Of a DNA stretch of 64,000 nucleotides, positions 15,317-30,031 are shown piece after piece. The notes below the pieces were generated by a model, which searched no databases, was not told the DNA's origin, and saw nothing but the letters and a program-made list of their open reading frames with translations. Every line of letters starts with the position of its first letter. Within the stretch, counting starts at the first letter, position 1. The stretch spans positions 46,872,001 through 46,936,000 of the forward strand of contig OX597832.1 of NCBI GenBank assembly GCA_951406725.2, given 5' to 3'. This DNA is from Octopus vulgaris. Its lineage: Eukaryota. Position numbers and translations under genes: made by a program.

Positions 15317-15671
15317 GTTCATTTTTCCAAAGCCACAAACTAATACACTTGCCTGTGTTTATTACACCTGTCTTTGTCATTGTTTTTCTATAAATTTTAA
15401 TTATATATTTATATATATATATAATTACAAATATCAGCTCAGACCGAGTAGATTCTGTGGTAAAGGATATTCCAGGTACAGGATTATCCAGTCCATTCAG
15501 GGACAATCATAACGTACGTTAATCACGATAGATGTTGCCTTTTATTTTTATTTCAAATAATTGTTAGGGCGTAAATTGAATGAAGAGTATCTAGTTACTA
15601 TTATCAGACTCCAAATCGAGGGATCGTTTAAAGGCTGGCTCGTTTACTCTTTATAAATTTTTGTAAAGGTG

Positions 15672-16038
15672 TTTGTTGCTGTTGCTGTTGAGCGAAGATG
15701 GGAGAAGTCTGAAACGTGGTTCTTTGCTATTCGTAAGACCCGCAGAAGAGAAAGCAGGTCAAACCCCCGACACCGAAAGCATCGACGGATGGATGAATGC
15801 GCATCCAGGCTCTCAGCGGTTGCGTAGGAAGTCGGGGAGCAAGAAACAGGAAGAAAGAGTAAAAAAAAGTTGGGGCGAAAGAGTACCAACAGGGATCGCC
15901 ACCACCCCCTGCCGGAGCCTCGTTGGGGTTTAGGTGTTTTCGCTCAATAAACACACACACAACGCCCGGTCTTGGAATCGAAACAGCGATCCTTCGACCG
16001 CGTGTCCGCTGCCCTAACCATTGGGCCATTGCACCTCC
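15672..16038 (-). mobile_element. SINE group A, tail type 3
   Basis: Group A head and body on minus strand; distinct tail ending CTTCGCTCAACAGCAACAGCAACAA. Confidence 0.88.
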
Positions 16039-16321
16039 ACTGTTGTTGCGGTTGTTGTAGCTCCTGTTATGGGTTTTTCCCCCTTTTTTCCTGCTGTTGT
16101 CGTTGCTGGTGCTGGTTCTAGTTCTGTTCTAGTGATCGTGATGGCGGTCCTACTGTGGGTGCTGTGAATGTTAGTCTGTGACCTCATTACGTAACGCATC
16201 GCATTGATCCTGGAGGAGGTTGAAATGGAAAGAATGGAAAGACATACAGCAACATCGTCAACAACAACAACACAAATACATCTCGACTGTCTTCGACCTT
16301 TAGAAGGTCTGCTCAATTAAA

Positions 16322-16325
16322 ACAG

Positions 16326-16359
<34 letters not shown>

Positions 16360-16384
16360 TACTACCTCCACTACTGCTGCTGCA

Positions 16385-16421
<37 letters not shown>

Positions 16422-16740
16422 TCGTCACTACTGCTTCTCTTCCACCTTCTCCTCATACTACAGCTAATACTACTACTACTACTATTACTACTACCGGTGC
16501 TGCTGCTGCTGCTGCTGTTACTACAGCAACAACATCTACTACTACTACTACTGCTACTACTAATACTACTACCAATACTACTACCACTAATACTACTGCT
16601 AGTGACACCACCACCACCACCACCATCACTCCCACAACCGATACTACTGCTAATAATAATATTACTAATGCTACTATTACTACTACTACTACTGAAACTA
16701 TTGCTACTACTAGCACTAATACCACCACCACCAGAACTAC
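16322..16740. repeat. Degenerate in-phase (ACT/ACC/GCT)n trinucleotide tract
   Basis: Direct low-complexity run. Confidence 0.9.
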
Positions 16741-16990
16741 GTTGACCTATGGTACAGTGAAAGGTGACTTGAAATAACAAAATGCAGAAAATAGACACAG
16801 CATCACCATCACGAACAACAGCAACTCATGCAAGCGAACAACAACGAAAACAACAACAACAACCACAACAACAACCGCAGCAACAATACGTAGACCCATT
16901 AAAGATGGCATTTTCACCACCATCAGTAATTGCAAAGATGACTCGAACAACATCTCGGAAAAGTTGGATGCGCATTTTGAAAAAAGAAAG

Positions 16991-17045
<55 letters not shown>

Positions 17046-17057
17046 TGTATGTATGTA

Positions 17058-17131
<74 letters not shown>

Positions 17132-17879
17132 ACAAAACAAAAGAAGAAGTAAATAGAACAAAGTAGTTTGAAGAATTTGACGGTGTTCCAGTCATTTCTA
17201 TACTGGAAAGAGGTTAAATATGCTAACCTGCCTAACACACACACAACATACACACACATTAATATAATGTTTTGCTTAGTGTACAGAATAGTATATTTGT
17301 AATAATAATAATATTGTGTATATATATATACTAGCACTATGACCCAGCATTGCCGGGTCATAGTGCTAGTGCATGCATATGCAGCTGCGTGCGTGCGCAC
17401 ATACCCGCGAGTACTGTCCAAATCTCCGACCAATCACATACAGCTAGCTGGCATTCAATTGGCGTATCAAGTTTCGGGCATTTTGATTGGGTTTTGGATA
17501 GAAAATTCACAAAAATGTCACTTCTATTGATTTTTTTAATGGCTTTGCGTGGTGACCGGGTAAATGTAAATATGTGCACGACCACCCTTCGATGGTTTTG
17601 AATGACCATAGAAAGTGCGAGCCCTCTAACTGAAAAAATGTGGATTTGTATAAAGGATACACACACATACATTTTGCCGTTTATATAAAGATATATGTGT
17701 GTGTACAAATATACATCACACACACACACGCACGCACGCACAAGTCACTCGATCCTTTTCACACATACACTCTTACACATACCACACACACCATTCGATT
17801 CTCACACACACATATACACGCACGCGCACCATCTCTTGTTGGGATCACTAGCACTATTATTATCTCCCTTTCATTCAAC

Positions 17880-17894
17880 CTATTATCATCATCA

Positions 17895-17939
<45 letters not shown>

Positions 17940-17962
17940 TATTATTATTATTATTATTATTA

Positions 17963-18019
<57 letters not shown>

Positions 18020-18021
18020 TA

Positions 18022-18060
<39 letters not shown>

Positions 18061-18062
18061 CA
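17880..18062. repeat. (ATT)n microsatellite
   Basis: Direct run. Confidence 0.95.
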
Positions 18063-18189
18063 CCTTTTCTTTCAACCACTTTTTGTCCAATCATTCGCCA
18101 TGTTGGACCGCTAAACTCTCTACGCTTCTATGTGGGTGTATATATACACCCACATATGTGATATATATATTTGTGTGTATATATGCTTA

Positions 18190-18400
18190 TATCTTTGTGT
18201 GTCTGTGTTTGTCCTCACACCATCAATTGACAATCGATGTTGTTGTGTTTACGTCATTGTATATTAGCGGTTTCGGCAAAAGACCGATAAAATAAGTACT
18301 ATGCTTATAACCAATAAGTCTCGGGGTGTGATTTGTTCGACTAAAGGCGGTGCTCCAGCATAGCCGCAGTTAAAATACTGAAACAAGTAAAAAATAAAAG
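18190..18400 (+). mobile_element. SINE group C, 3' half
   Basis: GACTAAAGGCGGTGCTCCAGCATAGCCGCAG...CTGAAACAAGTAAAA tail. Confidence 0.85.
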
Positions 18401-18484
18401 ACTATCTATCTATCTATCTATCTATATGTCTGTCTGTCTCTCTGTCTGTTTGTCTGTCTGTCTATCTATCTATCTATCTATCTA

Positions 18485-18526
<42 letters not shown>

Positions 18527-19224
18527 ACGCACGTTTTGCTTTCGAGCACTTCGTTGTGAAAGTTATGAGAATGCATGAATGCTTCTTTTGGCGATATTTC
18601 TAATCAGTGAAATAGATTGCCTCGAATTATTTGATGCTCCATTCATCCTATATCAAAAGGCGAGAGTACCTCAATCTTGTGCTTTTGCGAGAAATTGAAA
18701 GGGGACAGAGAGGAAATAAATGAGAAAAGAAAGTGGTGCGTATGTGTGCATGTGTCCGGGTGCATGTAATACACACTTCTGTCCACTTCTGTTCACAAAG
18801 AGATTAGGAAGTAAGACGTTTGTTTACTTCATTCCAATATATTCGAATGCACATTTTCATTGTCCAAAATACACGAAAATACATCATTAACAAATTAGAT
18901 CCGTAATTTTCTTCTGTTACGGTATGGTAAAATTTCAATTATTGAATCGCCAAGCAAGGTAATCTATCTCTGAAGCATAAAGAGGAAAAACCCCATTACC
19001 AGAGATAGGCAGGTTTATTTTACTTTCTGGTAATGTCATCGTTGGAAGATTGCTGTTTCCATAACCCAAATTCAGACCTTACGTACAAACTCTCAAACTA
19101 GATTACCAGGGTTCTGTGTGAAACAGTAATTCTTCATTGTCAGGCTCCTAGACAACCGTTTCTATTCTCACGAAACTCATAAAGGGATTCTGTTTATAAT
19201 TAAATCTCAGTAAAATGTATTGCA

Positions 19225-19400
19225 GGGCTGCGAATAGGCAGAATCGTTAGCACATCGAGCAAAATGCTTATCGGTATTCCTTCGAGATCATTACGTTCTG
19301 AGTTCAAATCCCCACGAGGTTAACTTTGCTTTTCGTCCCTTCTCGGCCGATAAAATAAAGTACCATTCAAGGACTACGATCTATGTAATCGAATTACCTG
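19225..19400 (+). mobile_element. Diverged SINE group B
   Basis: GGCAGAATCGTTAGC...TTCTGAGTTCAAATC...GATAAAATAAAGTACCA. Confidence 0.7.
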
Positions 19401-19892
19401 TTTCCCCTCAAAATTGTCAGCCTTTAATCCAGCAACCGGCTGGTGTGATGTCCAAGGGGAATATTTCGACCTACGCCATGGAAGCCCAGGAACCAGTTTG
19501 AAAAGTTTTAGCCTTCTAGATAACAAAAAATATATATAAAGTAGTAAGAAAAATCTCGGTGCTTTGTGGACCCTTAAACCCTTAGGAAAACAAAAGCAGG
19601 AGTAAATAATTTAAAAAGTGGGATAAGCAAAAACGTAACAAAGATAGAAGTATTCTAAAATCAGGCTCCAACTGAACTAAGTCTTAAACGGCAAAAGAAT
19701 AAAAAAAAAAACTTCCCTATTTATGCCAATTCAAATCTAGACATACTAAATGCTAGCTGTATAATTTCCCAGTTTGCTATTCTGTGAATAAAAATAGATT
19801 TTAACAAATAATATAAACTTGGCATTTCATCATTCTGTTTAATTACCTTTCAACATGTCAGCTACTAAATCGAATCAGAGTGTAAGACATCA

Positions 19893-19969
<77 letters not shown>

Positions 19970-20165
19970 GTATGTATGTATAGGTGTATATGTCTTTAGA
20001 CTTACACTCATATACACAAACGCACAAGGATGTTATATATATACATGTATGTATGTGTATGTATGTTTGCATGTATAAGTGAATTTATTGAACGACATAC
20101 GCGTTTAAACACATATTTATACACGAATACATAAACATGGTTTAATTCACGCACACACATACACA

Positions 20166-20224
<59 letters not shown>

Positions 20225-20357
20225 ACAGCTACATTTACTTTCGTATAAATATATGTTGCACGCATATATCTGTAAAAGTTTTAGATTAAATAATTTCATC
20301 TAAATCTTGAACTATCTGTGTATCTAGTTCCTATCTATCTCTCTGTCTGTCTGATTC

Positions 20358-20434
<77 letters not shown>

Positions 20435-20477
20435 TTGTTCTATCTGTGTGCAGCCCTGTGTGGCTAATAAAGAAACA

Positions 20478-20589
<112 letters not shown>

Positions 20590-21618
20590 CCTATCTGTCC
20601 GTTTGTCTATCTATCTATCAATGCATCTAATCTATCCAGTTATTTGTGTGCGCTTGTATGCATAACTGAATTGATAAGTATCAATATATATGCTTATATG
20701 CGTATGCATGTATACACGTACGCCTATACATGTACGTGTATATTAGTCCTCGTGCCTACAGTAAAAAGGACTAAGTTGCACCCATTGGGAGCCCTTAAAT
20801 TAAGAATTCTTTGATTTCTTTGCAGCTGCGTAACTTCTGGTCTTCATACTTTTGTAACCTAAGATAGGTATTAAACAATAATGAAGCAGCCTGTTGGCAG
20901 AATCTTCAGGTCATCGGACAGAATTCCTTACATTTATTTTGGGGTATTTCTAACGTTCTGTGTTAAAATCTTGCAATAAACCCTTTTTTTTTTAGACTTC
21001 CGTTACCATAAAACCCGTACCAATGTGAGAACATCGACTCTTCTTTCTCCTCTCTCTCTTTCTTTCTTTCTTCTCTCTTCTTTTCCTCTCTCTATATAAC
21101 TTCTTCCTCACCTAACACACCAGTCTCTCTTTCCATTTCTCTCTCCTCGTTCGATCCCAGAACCATCCGTAGCCGAATAGACAGGAACTGCTAAAATATA
21201 CTTGAAGTACAACAACGCCAAAGTCCTTCTTCAGTTTTCTACTGTAGGCTCTTTATGTTGAATTGGTACTTCTAATCAACTCTGTAGACCGACGATTTTA
21301 GATGTGAAGAAATAAAAGCATGTAGCAGCGCTTTGTACTTTTAAAGTATAAAGTGGTACGGCTTTGATAGACAATTGAACTGAAATATTGGCTAAGCACT
21401 GAACGTCCTCAATGGAGGTTTCGTGCTTGGACAATGATAGTTTCCATAGAAGACAACGTATGTTCTTGACGTGTCTATAATAATTAAAGCGAGTAAAATT
21501 CGGAGAAATTCCAATAACTGAAATCTTACATAATTGGGTTTCAACCAGCAAATGCTGGCTCAGTTCTTGTCTGGTTTTTTCCCTTGCTCTCCCTTTCCCT
21601 CTCCCTCACACTCTCTCT

Positions 21619-21658
<40 letters not shown>

Positions 21659-21789
21659 CTCACGCCTTCTAATTCGTTTTTTTTTTCCATTTTCTCACTG
21701 TATACAGGGATAGGACTAACTTGGTACATAATTATACCTATATAAATTTTTAAGCTATTTCCTTTCAACGTGAAAGACTCTAGTGTAGG

Positions 21790-21890
21790 ATAGGCATGCC
21801 CCGGTGTATTCAATTTTGGCCTTTTACGTTCCGAGTTCAAGTCACACCGAAGTCATCTTTGTGTTTCATTCAACATTTCGGGAATAAAAT
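21790..21890 (+). mobile_element. Diverged SINE group B fragment
   Basis: TTACGTTCCGAGTTCAAGTC...CTTTGTGTTTCATTC. Confidence 0.5.
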
Positions 21891-22254
21891 TCAATAAAAT
21901 AAAATACAAGTCAAGCAATGTGGTCGATCAATATAATCGACAATGCATCTTTTCCAAATTTCAGTATTGTGTCTGCATAAGAAATCAATATTTGTGACGA
22001 CCGTGATAATGGAAATAAAATTAACTGTCCATCTCTTGCAACCATTTTCCTTCCGTTTTAACACATTATCTGACATAGAACCAAACTCACTCAATTTTTT
22101 TTCTTCATTCGAAATCTCTGCATCAAAAACTATACTCTGGAAAACAGTTGGACAAGTCTTTCCATTTTTAATAAAACACTGCTCGCGCGTATATGTGTGT
22201 GTGCGGATGCGTATAAATGCGTGTGTATACGTCTGCATGTGTGTGTACACACAA

Positions 22255-22327
<73 letters not shown>

Positions 22328-22430
22328 AATATATACATATATATATATACATATATATATATACATACATATATATATACATACATATATATATATATAT
22401 ACATATATATATACATATATACATACATAT

Positions 22431-22498
<68 letters not shown>

Positions 22499-22976
22499 GT
22501 TCTGTTTTTATGTATTCGTTTCTCATTGTGTTTGACGTTTTTTTGGTGTCCTGTAGCTATATATGCATGTATATATACATATAGATGTAGGTACGTACAT
22601 ATATGTATGTATATATGCATATGTTTTATTTATTATTTTATTCTATATATGTATACACAGAGACACACACATACTTGAGGTGTATTCCGTTAAGAACGTA
22701 TTAAAGTATAACTTCGCGAATAAACACCTGTCGGCTCGTAACCCCTCTTATGTTTGACTCTATTTATTCTTTCATTCTAATATATTCTCTTATTCTCTTA
22801 TATCTTTCAGTCCAATGACTGTGGCCATTCTGGAGCACCGCCATTGTTATATACACATATATTTTTTAGCTTGCTAATATATATATAGATATTCACTAAA
22901 AATCACCACATTAGGAAAATCTCTTTAACGAAATTCCTTTTCACTGTATATAACTATATATGCATCTACATATAGT

Positions 22977-23007
<31 letters not shown>

Positions 23008-23028
23008 TCACATGCATACATACATACA

Positions 23029-23062
<34 letters not shown>

Positions 23063-23515
23063 CATACATACATACATACATACATACATACATACATACA
23101 TACATACAAAGCAACACATACAAAGCTTTTTTGTTAAAACTGAAATTGAGTTTTCCTCGCAACTGGAGTTTCAACAGACGAAACTAAAAAACTACTAAAA
23201 ATCCACATCCTCTACATTACATATTGAGCACTACATTCTCTGTCGTTCAACATTAAGCAACGTACATACACACAAATACACACAGACACACTCACATACA
23301 TACATATATATATATGTAAATGGATTAATGAATTATCCTTTGTTTACCATTAACATGAAAAATTCAATAAACGGTTACCAGGGTAGCAAAATTCACGCAA
23401 GAAACAAGGATGTAGCGACCTATTCAAAGGTAGAAACTCCGGGTTAATGTGCAGTAATTTGTGTAGTATAAGTAAATAAATGGAGTTGAACGCAGATGCT
23501 ATTCAAATTCTTTTA

Positions 23516-23597
23516 CTTTCGACATATGTTTCGAAGACAACATTGGTTTAATTCCAAAGGAATAAACGGTGTAAATGCAATCTTCTCATCAGGAAAG
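23516..23597 (-). ncRNA. Canonical type I hammerhead ribozyme (GUC site), long stem II, palindromic stem III
   Basis: Minus strand: CUUUC-CUGAUGA-GAAGA...UCUUC-GAA-ACAUAUGU-C-GAAAG; all core residues present; lies in a (TA)n-flanked element at about 23315-23640. Confidence 0.88.
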
Positions 23598-23636
23598 AAA
23601 GAGAGCCTATCTCAACAACAATACATTTATTTACTG

Positions 23637-23735
<99 letters not shown>

Positions 23736-23799
23736 TGTGGATGTGTGTGTGTGGGTGTTATGTATGTATAAGAAATACAAATATTACTTGAAACAAGAC

Positions 23800-24193
23800 A
23801 GGCAGTGGCTGTGTGGTAAGTAGCTTGTTTACCAACTACATGGTTCCGGGTTCACTCCCACTGCGTGGCACCTTGGGCAAGTGTCTTCTACTATAGCCTC
23901 GGGCCGACCAAAGCCTAGTCAGTGGATTTGGTAAATGGAAACTGAAAGAAGCCCATCGTATATATATATGCGTTTGTGTGTTTGTGTATCTGTGTTTGTC
24001 CCCCTAGCATTGCTTGGCAACCGATGCTGGTGTGTTTATGTCCCCGTTACTTAGCGGTTCGGCAAAAGAAATCGATAGAATAAGTACTTGGCTTACAAAA
24101 CAATAAGTCCCGGGGTCGATTTGCTCCATTAAAAAGGCGGTGCTCCAGCATGGCCGCAGTCAAGTGACTGAAAGAAGTAAAAGAGGTAAAGAG
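23800..24193 (+). mobile_element. SINE group C, full length
   Basis: tRNA-like head GTGGCTGTGTGGTAAG...GGTTCACTCCC, CORE-like CCTTGGGCAAGTGTCTT, internal TA/TG run, tail GGCGGTGCTCCAGCATGGCCGCAGTC. Confidence 0.92.
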
Positions 24194-24525
24194 TATATGA
24201 TTTGAACATTGGTTTAGCAATCTTCGAAATAACCATTATTTTATATAGTAAGATACACCTCAAATGTAGATTAAAGGAATGCAGTAAGAGAGAGGATGAA
24301 ATAGCTAAAAACGCAGTGACGCCGTAAATTCACTTGTTCTTTTTTATTGTTCCTTTTCCAGGTCCAGCTACGCATCAGTTTCTCATTCTCAACTGAGTGC
24401 CCTTTTTTATTTTCACGTTTAACTTTCATTGCCATTCGGCCTCTCATTTCTTAGAATACAGTTTTATTCTCTGTAACTCACCACTCTCTGTCTCCCTCTC
24501 TTTCTCGTTCTCTCTCAATATTCTT

Positions 24526-24916
24526 TCTCTTTACTCTTTACAATATTTTACTTGTTGCAGTCATTTGAATGTGGCCATGCTGGAGCACCGCCTTTAGTCG
24601 AGCAAATCGACCTTGGGACTTATTCTTTGTAAGCCTAGTACGTATTCTATCGGTCACTTTTGCCGAACCGCTAGGTTACGGGAAACTAAACACACCACCA
24701 TCGGTTGTCAAGCGGGGCGGAGACAAACACAGACATAAAACAAATACACACACACACACACACATTTATATATATATATACATATATACGACGGGCTTCT
24801 TTTAGTTCCCGTCTACCAAATCCACTCACAAGATACTTGCCCAAGGTGCCACGCAGTGGGACTGAACCCGGAACAATGTGGTTCGTAAGCAAGCTACTGA
24901 CCACACATCCACACCT
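24526..24916 (-). mobile_element. SINE group C with internal deletion
   Basis: Reverse complement of the 23800 copy. Confidence 0.9.
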
Positions 24917-24958
<42 letters not shown>

Positions 24959-25688
24959 TTCTCCCTCCCCTATCTCTCCCCTATCTCTCCCCTTCTCTCT
25001 CTTTCTCTTTCTTTTTTTTGTACGCCTACCATCTAACGTTTCATAGTTAACCAATCCTCCTTTTGAAATGCAGAGCCATCCTTATACTTTACAGTGTATA
25101 AATTGCCCTGAGTTCCCACCTAGGAGTGGTACTGCTGTCTCGAAATATTTTATATTTACATTTCATTGAGAGTAGGGAGTGCACGTAGTCACACTACACT
25201 TTAACTTCTCCAAAAACTTCTGCTTCAAGCGTGTTCTTCACAGATGCTGAAGTCACTCCTGATTTTCTCAAGTGCTTCCTTGGTTTAGACTATCAGTACT
25301 CTCCCTAATTTGAAAAAACCTTAAAAAGTCAGCCATGGAGTACGGATGTCCTCCATACATACTACATAACCAAATTACCAAAAGCAATTTCGTTGTCATA
25401 GACTCCAAACTTTTGCACATACGAGTACTAAAAATAAATCAACGTAATCCAAATTGCGTCCCAGGGAGTGAGTAAACAGTTTGGTTAATCAATTCCGGTC
25501 CGTGATCTTAAGAAGATAACTCTGATACGTGCCCATGTTTTAGGGAAATAGTTTATGAAGTAGATGCTAGCACGAATTGTCGGAGGAGAGGTGTTCATGG
25601 TTTCGGAAACCAGATGAGATTAGTGAGCGATTGTGAGACGGTGCGATGAAGTATTGAAACCTCTTCCATTTGATATTCGTATACATCC

Positions 25689-25766
<78 letters not shown>

Positions 25767-25790
25767 ATGTATGCATGTATGTATATATAA

Positions 25791-25821
<31 letters not shown>

Positions 25822-25980
25822 GAAGGAGTTTACATAGAACTGTTTCATTCAAGAGAAATCTTCCTCTTGAATGAAACAGTTCTAGTCCTGTAGAAGCTCC
25901 TTCTATATAATAAATTAATTTTACTCTGCTATGTATTGAGTACCTTATTTACTGTGGTTAACCCCGAATAACCCGGGACC

Positions 25981-26076
<96 letters not shown>

Positions 26077-26289
26077 TCTACAAATAAGAAGATGGAGGAA
26101 CAGATTCATTTCAATCATCGACTTACAGATATTTCCAATTCATATTATTTATTAACTATATAAATAGAAACTTGCCTTTTGGGTGCTTCACCACCAGTAT
26201 ATTGGATAACTGATATCCCATAGTGGGTTACACTCATAACCCAATAACCCCTATCTCACTGTGTACTGTATATATACATACATATATTA

Positions 26290-26588
<299 letters not shown>

Positions 26589-26614
26589 TACATATATATA
26601 TCATATGTATATGT

Positions 26615-26645
<31 letters not shown>

Positions 26646-27210
26646 AACATATATATATACATACAGACATACATACATACATACACACACACATACATAC
26701 ATGCACACATACAAACGCAATTATATTGAAATATGTTGAAACCTTCGGGAGATTGATTGCAAGGTAGATAGCCGAACGCAATAAATTTGTGCGCATGCGC
26801 TCGCTCGCCTGTGTTTTAGTGCGGAGGGTCCGTGCGTGCGTGCGTGCGCGTGTTTATCTTACTCTGTGTTTTGTAATAACCCAAATTAGGAAACTTCTGA
26901 ATTCGAAATCAAAAGAAAATGCTGAAATTCGCCTACGAGAATCAATGATTTGGCAACAGTGTTTTTGTAGTATGGATTATCTGTCTTATAATTAATCCTC
27001 ATGATTAATCGGAATTAATCGCCCGTGCTTTGTTATCGGCTTTGCATAAATAATAACATTCTCTCTGAAAATAGACATTGCAAGCTGTGTTTAATTGTGC
27101 GTTAGGTATGTGTGTATAAGTATGTGTACATTGTATCTCTAATTATATATGTATACATACATATGCATATATATGTGTGTGTGTGTTTGTATGTGTGTAT
27201 GTAATATATG

Positions 27211-27259
<49 letters not shown>

Positions 27260-27345
27260 GTATATATATATATATACATAATATATTGTATGTATGCATG
27301 TATATATATATATATATATTTATACATATGTTTATGTATATATGC

Positions 27346-27398
<53 letters not shown>

Positions 27399-27518
27399 TG
27401 CACACGAACAGACAGACACACACACAAATATACTTAAATGACTCGATATATTTACATATATACACATAAAATATATGTATGAATATATTTATATATATAT
27501 GTATACATCTCCCTCTCT

Positions 27519-27580
<62 letters not shown>

Positions 27581-27849
27581 GTACATATATATCAAATTAG
27601 AAAAAAAACATCTTTTATCAATTCAAAATGAACAATTAAATTACACCATCTAGAAAATTACATATAATAGAAATATCAAAATTAAAATAACAATAATATG
27701 TCAATAATTAAGTAAATTGCAAAAAACAAAATATATATACATTATATATATTATATTGTATGAAATTTGATTTAGTATTTCTAATTTTTTTCCTTGTAAG
27801 CTTGGATTTTATTCCATCAAATAAAAATTTATATATATATATATGTGTA

Positions 27850-27932
<83 letters not shown>

Positions 27933-28287
27933 TCAAGTATGTATCTGTGTATAGATTTGTTAACATCGAAATGTACTTCCACTGCTCACTACATTCATAA
28001 TTTCTTATGCGAAATACTGTCCTGAGGTTTGCTACAGATTATTTAAAATGGATTGTGTTGCTTCTACCATTGTAATGTAAACAAACAAGAAAATGTCTCT
28101 TTCTTTGTTGGTTTCTTCTAAGATCTACAGAAGCACTTCCGATTACCTTACACTAGTGATCTCCACTGTAACTAATTCAATGACGTTATTTTATTGTTTA
28201 GTGATCTTTTCTGTTGGTCCCTATTCTTGTAATCTCAAGGACCTGAAATCTGAGAATTTTTGTCTTTTATGCTTCACTTGTTGCAGC

Positions 28288-28324
<37 letters not shown>

Positions 28325-28329
<5 letters not shown>

Positions 28330-28440
28330 AAGGTATGTTGGTGCAAACACGAAAAGAAGAACTCAAAATTTAGGCATGTGTATATTTTAATTAATATTTA
28401 GAAGCAACAGGGTTACTCAAGTGGGGCACCAATTTCGTCC
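28325..28440. repeat. Family F copy, inverted relative to the 26290 copy
   Basis: CATAAAGGTATGTTGGTGCAAACACGAAAAG is the reverse complement of about 26430-26460. Confidence 0.75.
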
Positions 28441-28646
28441 TAGTACTTATGTCTTTCTTTTACTGATTTCTTTTTAAGTCAGGTGTTCATTGTATTGTTT
28501 TCTAACTAAATAACTAAATAACTAAAGAATAAATCGATTCGTTCGACTAAAAATTCTTCAAGGCGGTACCACACCATGGCCGCAGTCTGATGACTGGAAC
28601 AAGATAAAAAAAATATAGATTTAGAAATCAGTAATAATCAAATTTA

Positions 28647-29049
28647 GGATCTTTTCGGTTTGAACGGCAGTTTTTAACATAAGTTCTAGTTAACTAAAAA
28701 AAATTTTAACTTCGTATACTGGTAGAATGTGTTTATAAAACATCTTTTTCTCTTGGCTTTATTGAGAAAATTCTATAGTTTGTAAGATATTTGTTTATTT
28801 TATTCTTCAATTTCTGCAATTTCAATCAATCAATGACGTCCAATGAGGTAAAAAAAGAAACAGATTGGGTTTATTTACATTTGTGAAGAAAAAAAGATAC
28901 CCTTCCCCCCACCACTAACCCTAACCCTAACTAATTCTATCCCTAAAACAGATTGAAATGCAATAGATCGATACTAGGGTCATAATTATGGGTGACAATT
29001 TCATATGACACCGCTAGGAAAAAAACTGCCGTTCAAACCGAAAAGATCC
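28647..29049. mobile_element. MITE with 29-bp TIRs and 8-bp TSD (possibly Merlin-type)
   Basis: TIR GGATCTTTTCGGTTTGAACGGCAGTTTTT and its perfect reverse complement; TSD CAAATTTA at 28639-28646 and 29050-29057. Confidence 0.9.
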
Positions 29050-29377
29050 CAAATTTATTAGGATTGCTAAAGCACTGCCGCCCCAATTCAAGGTTTAAAA
29101 TGACAATCCAATTACCGTTCTTTATTTATATTATATAATTATTTGTTGCTGAATATTTGTTTGTAATTATCATTAAATTTACTTTTTTTTTTCTCTTTTT
29201 CAGTTACTTACAACTACAAATGTAAGTACCACGTGATTATTTACTTTATATAATATGCGTCTTATTTTTATTTCGTAAATTGCATGTTACGTGTTCTTTA
29301 AATTATGTATGTATACATATATGTGCATGTGCATATGTGTGTGTGTGCGTTTGCGTGTTTCTGTGTATATACATACA

Positions 29378-29379
<2 letters not shown>

Positions 29380-29422
<43 letters not shown>

Positions 29423-29663
29423 TACGTATCTATATGTATCTATGAATGTGTGTGCATGTATGTCTATGGGTGAGTGTTTGCGTGTTTGTGTGTATATACA
29501 TACATATATGTTATATATATATATATGTATATATATACATATACACATATATATATATACGTATCTATACATATTTGTATGTATCTTTATATCTATATAT
29601 GTGTGTGCATGTGTGTGTATGAGTGTGTGTTTGCGTGTTTGTGTGTGTATACATACATATATG

Positions 29664-29704
<41 letters not shown>

Positions 29705-29900
29705 TATATATACGTATCTATATATATTTGTATGTATCTTTATATCTATATATGTGTGTGCATGTGTGTGTATGAGTGTGTGTTTGCGTGTTTGTGTGTG
29801 TATACATACATATATTAAATATATATGTATATATATATGCACACACACATATATACGTATCTATATATATTTGTATGTATCTATATATATCTATATATAT
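29380..29900. repeat. Higher-order tandem duplication (~140-bp unit) of a microsatellite mosaic
   Basis: TACGTATCTATA...TTTGCGTGTTTGTGTG block repeated about 3.5 times. Confidence 0.85.
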
Positions 29901-29905
29901 GTGTG

Positions 29906-29953
<48 letters not shown>

Positions 29954-30000
29954 TTTATGTATGCATATCTGCGTATATGTGTATATATACATACATATAG

Positions 30001-30031
<31 letters not shown>

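Noticed and set aside
16313-17433. Minus-strand Ser-rich or signal-peptide-like ORFs
   Set aside because: Built from trinucleotide and TA repeats; frames broken by stops and no coherent start
21525-21570. Hammerhead on the minus strand (CUGA-GCCAGC...GCUGGU-UGAAAC)
   Set aside because: Core lacks NGA, and stems I and III do not form; at most a relic
26870-27060. TAAT/ATTA-rich candidate enhancer
   Set aside because: Motifs expected by chance in AT-rich DNA; no conservation data
28915-28931. Interstitial telomere or chromosome-fusion scar
   Set aside because: Under three units and internal to a MITE
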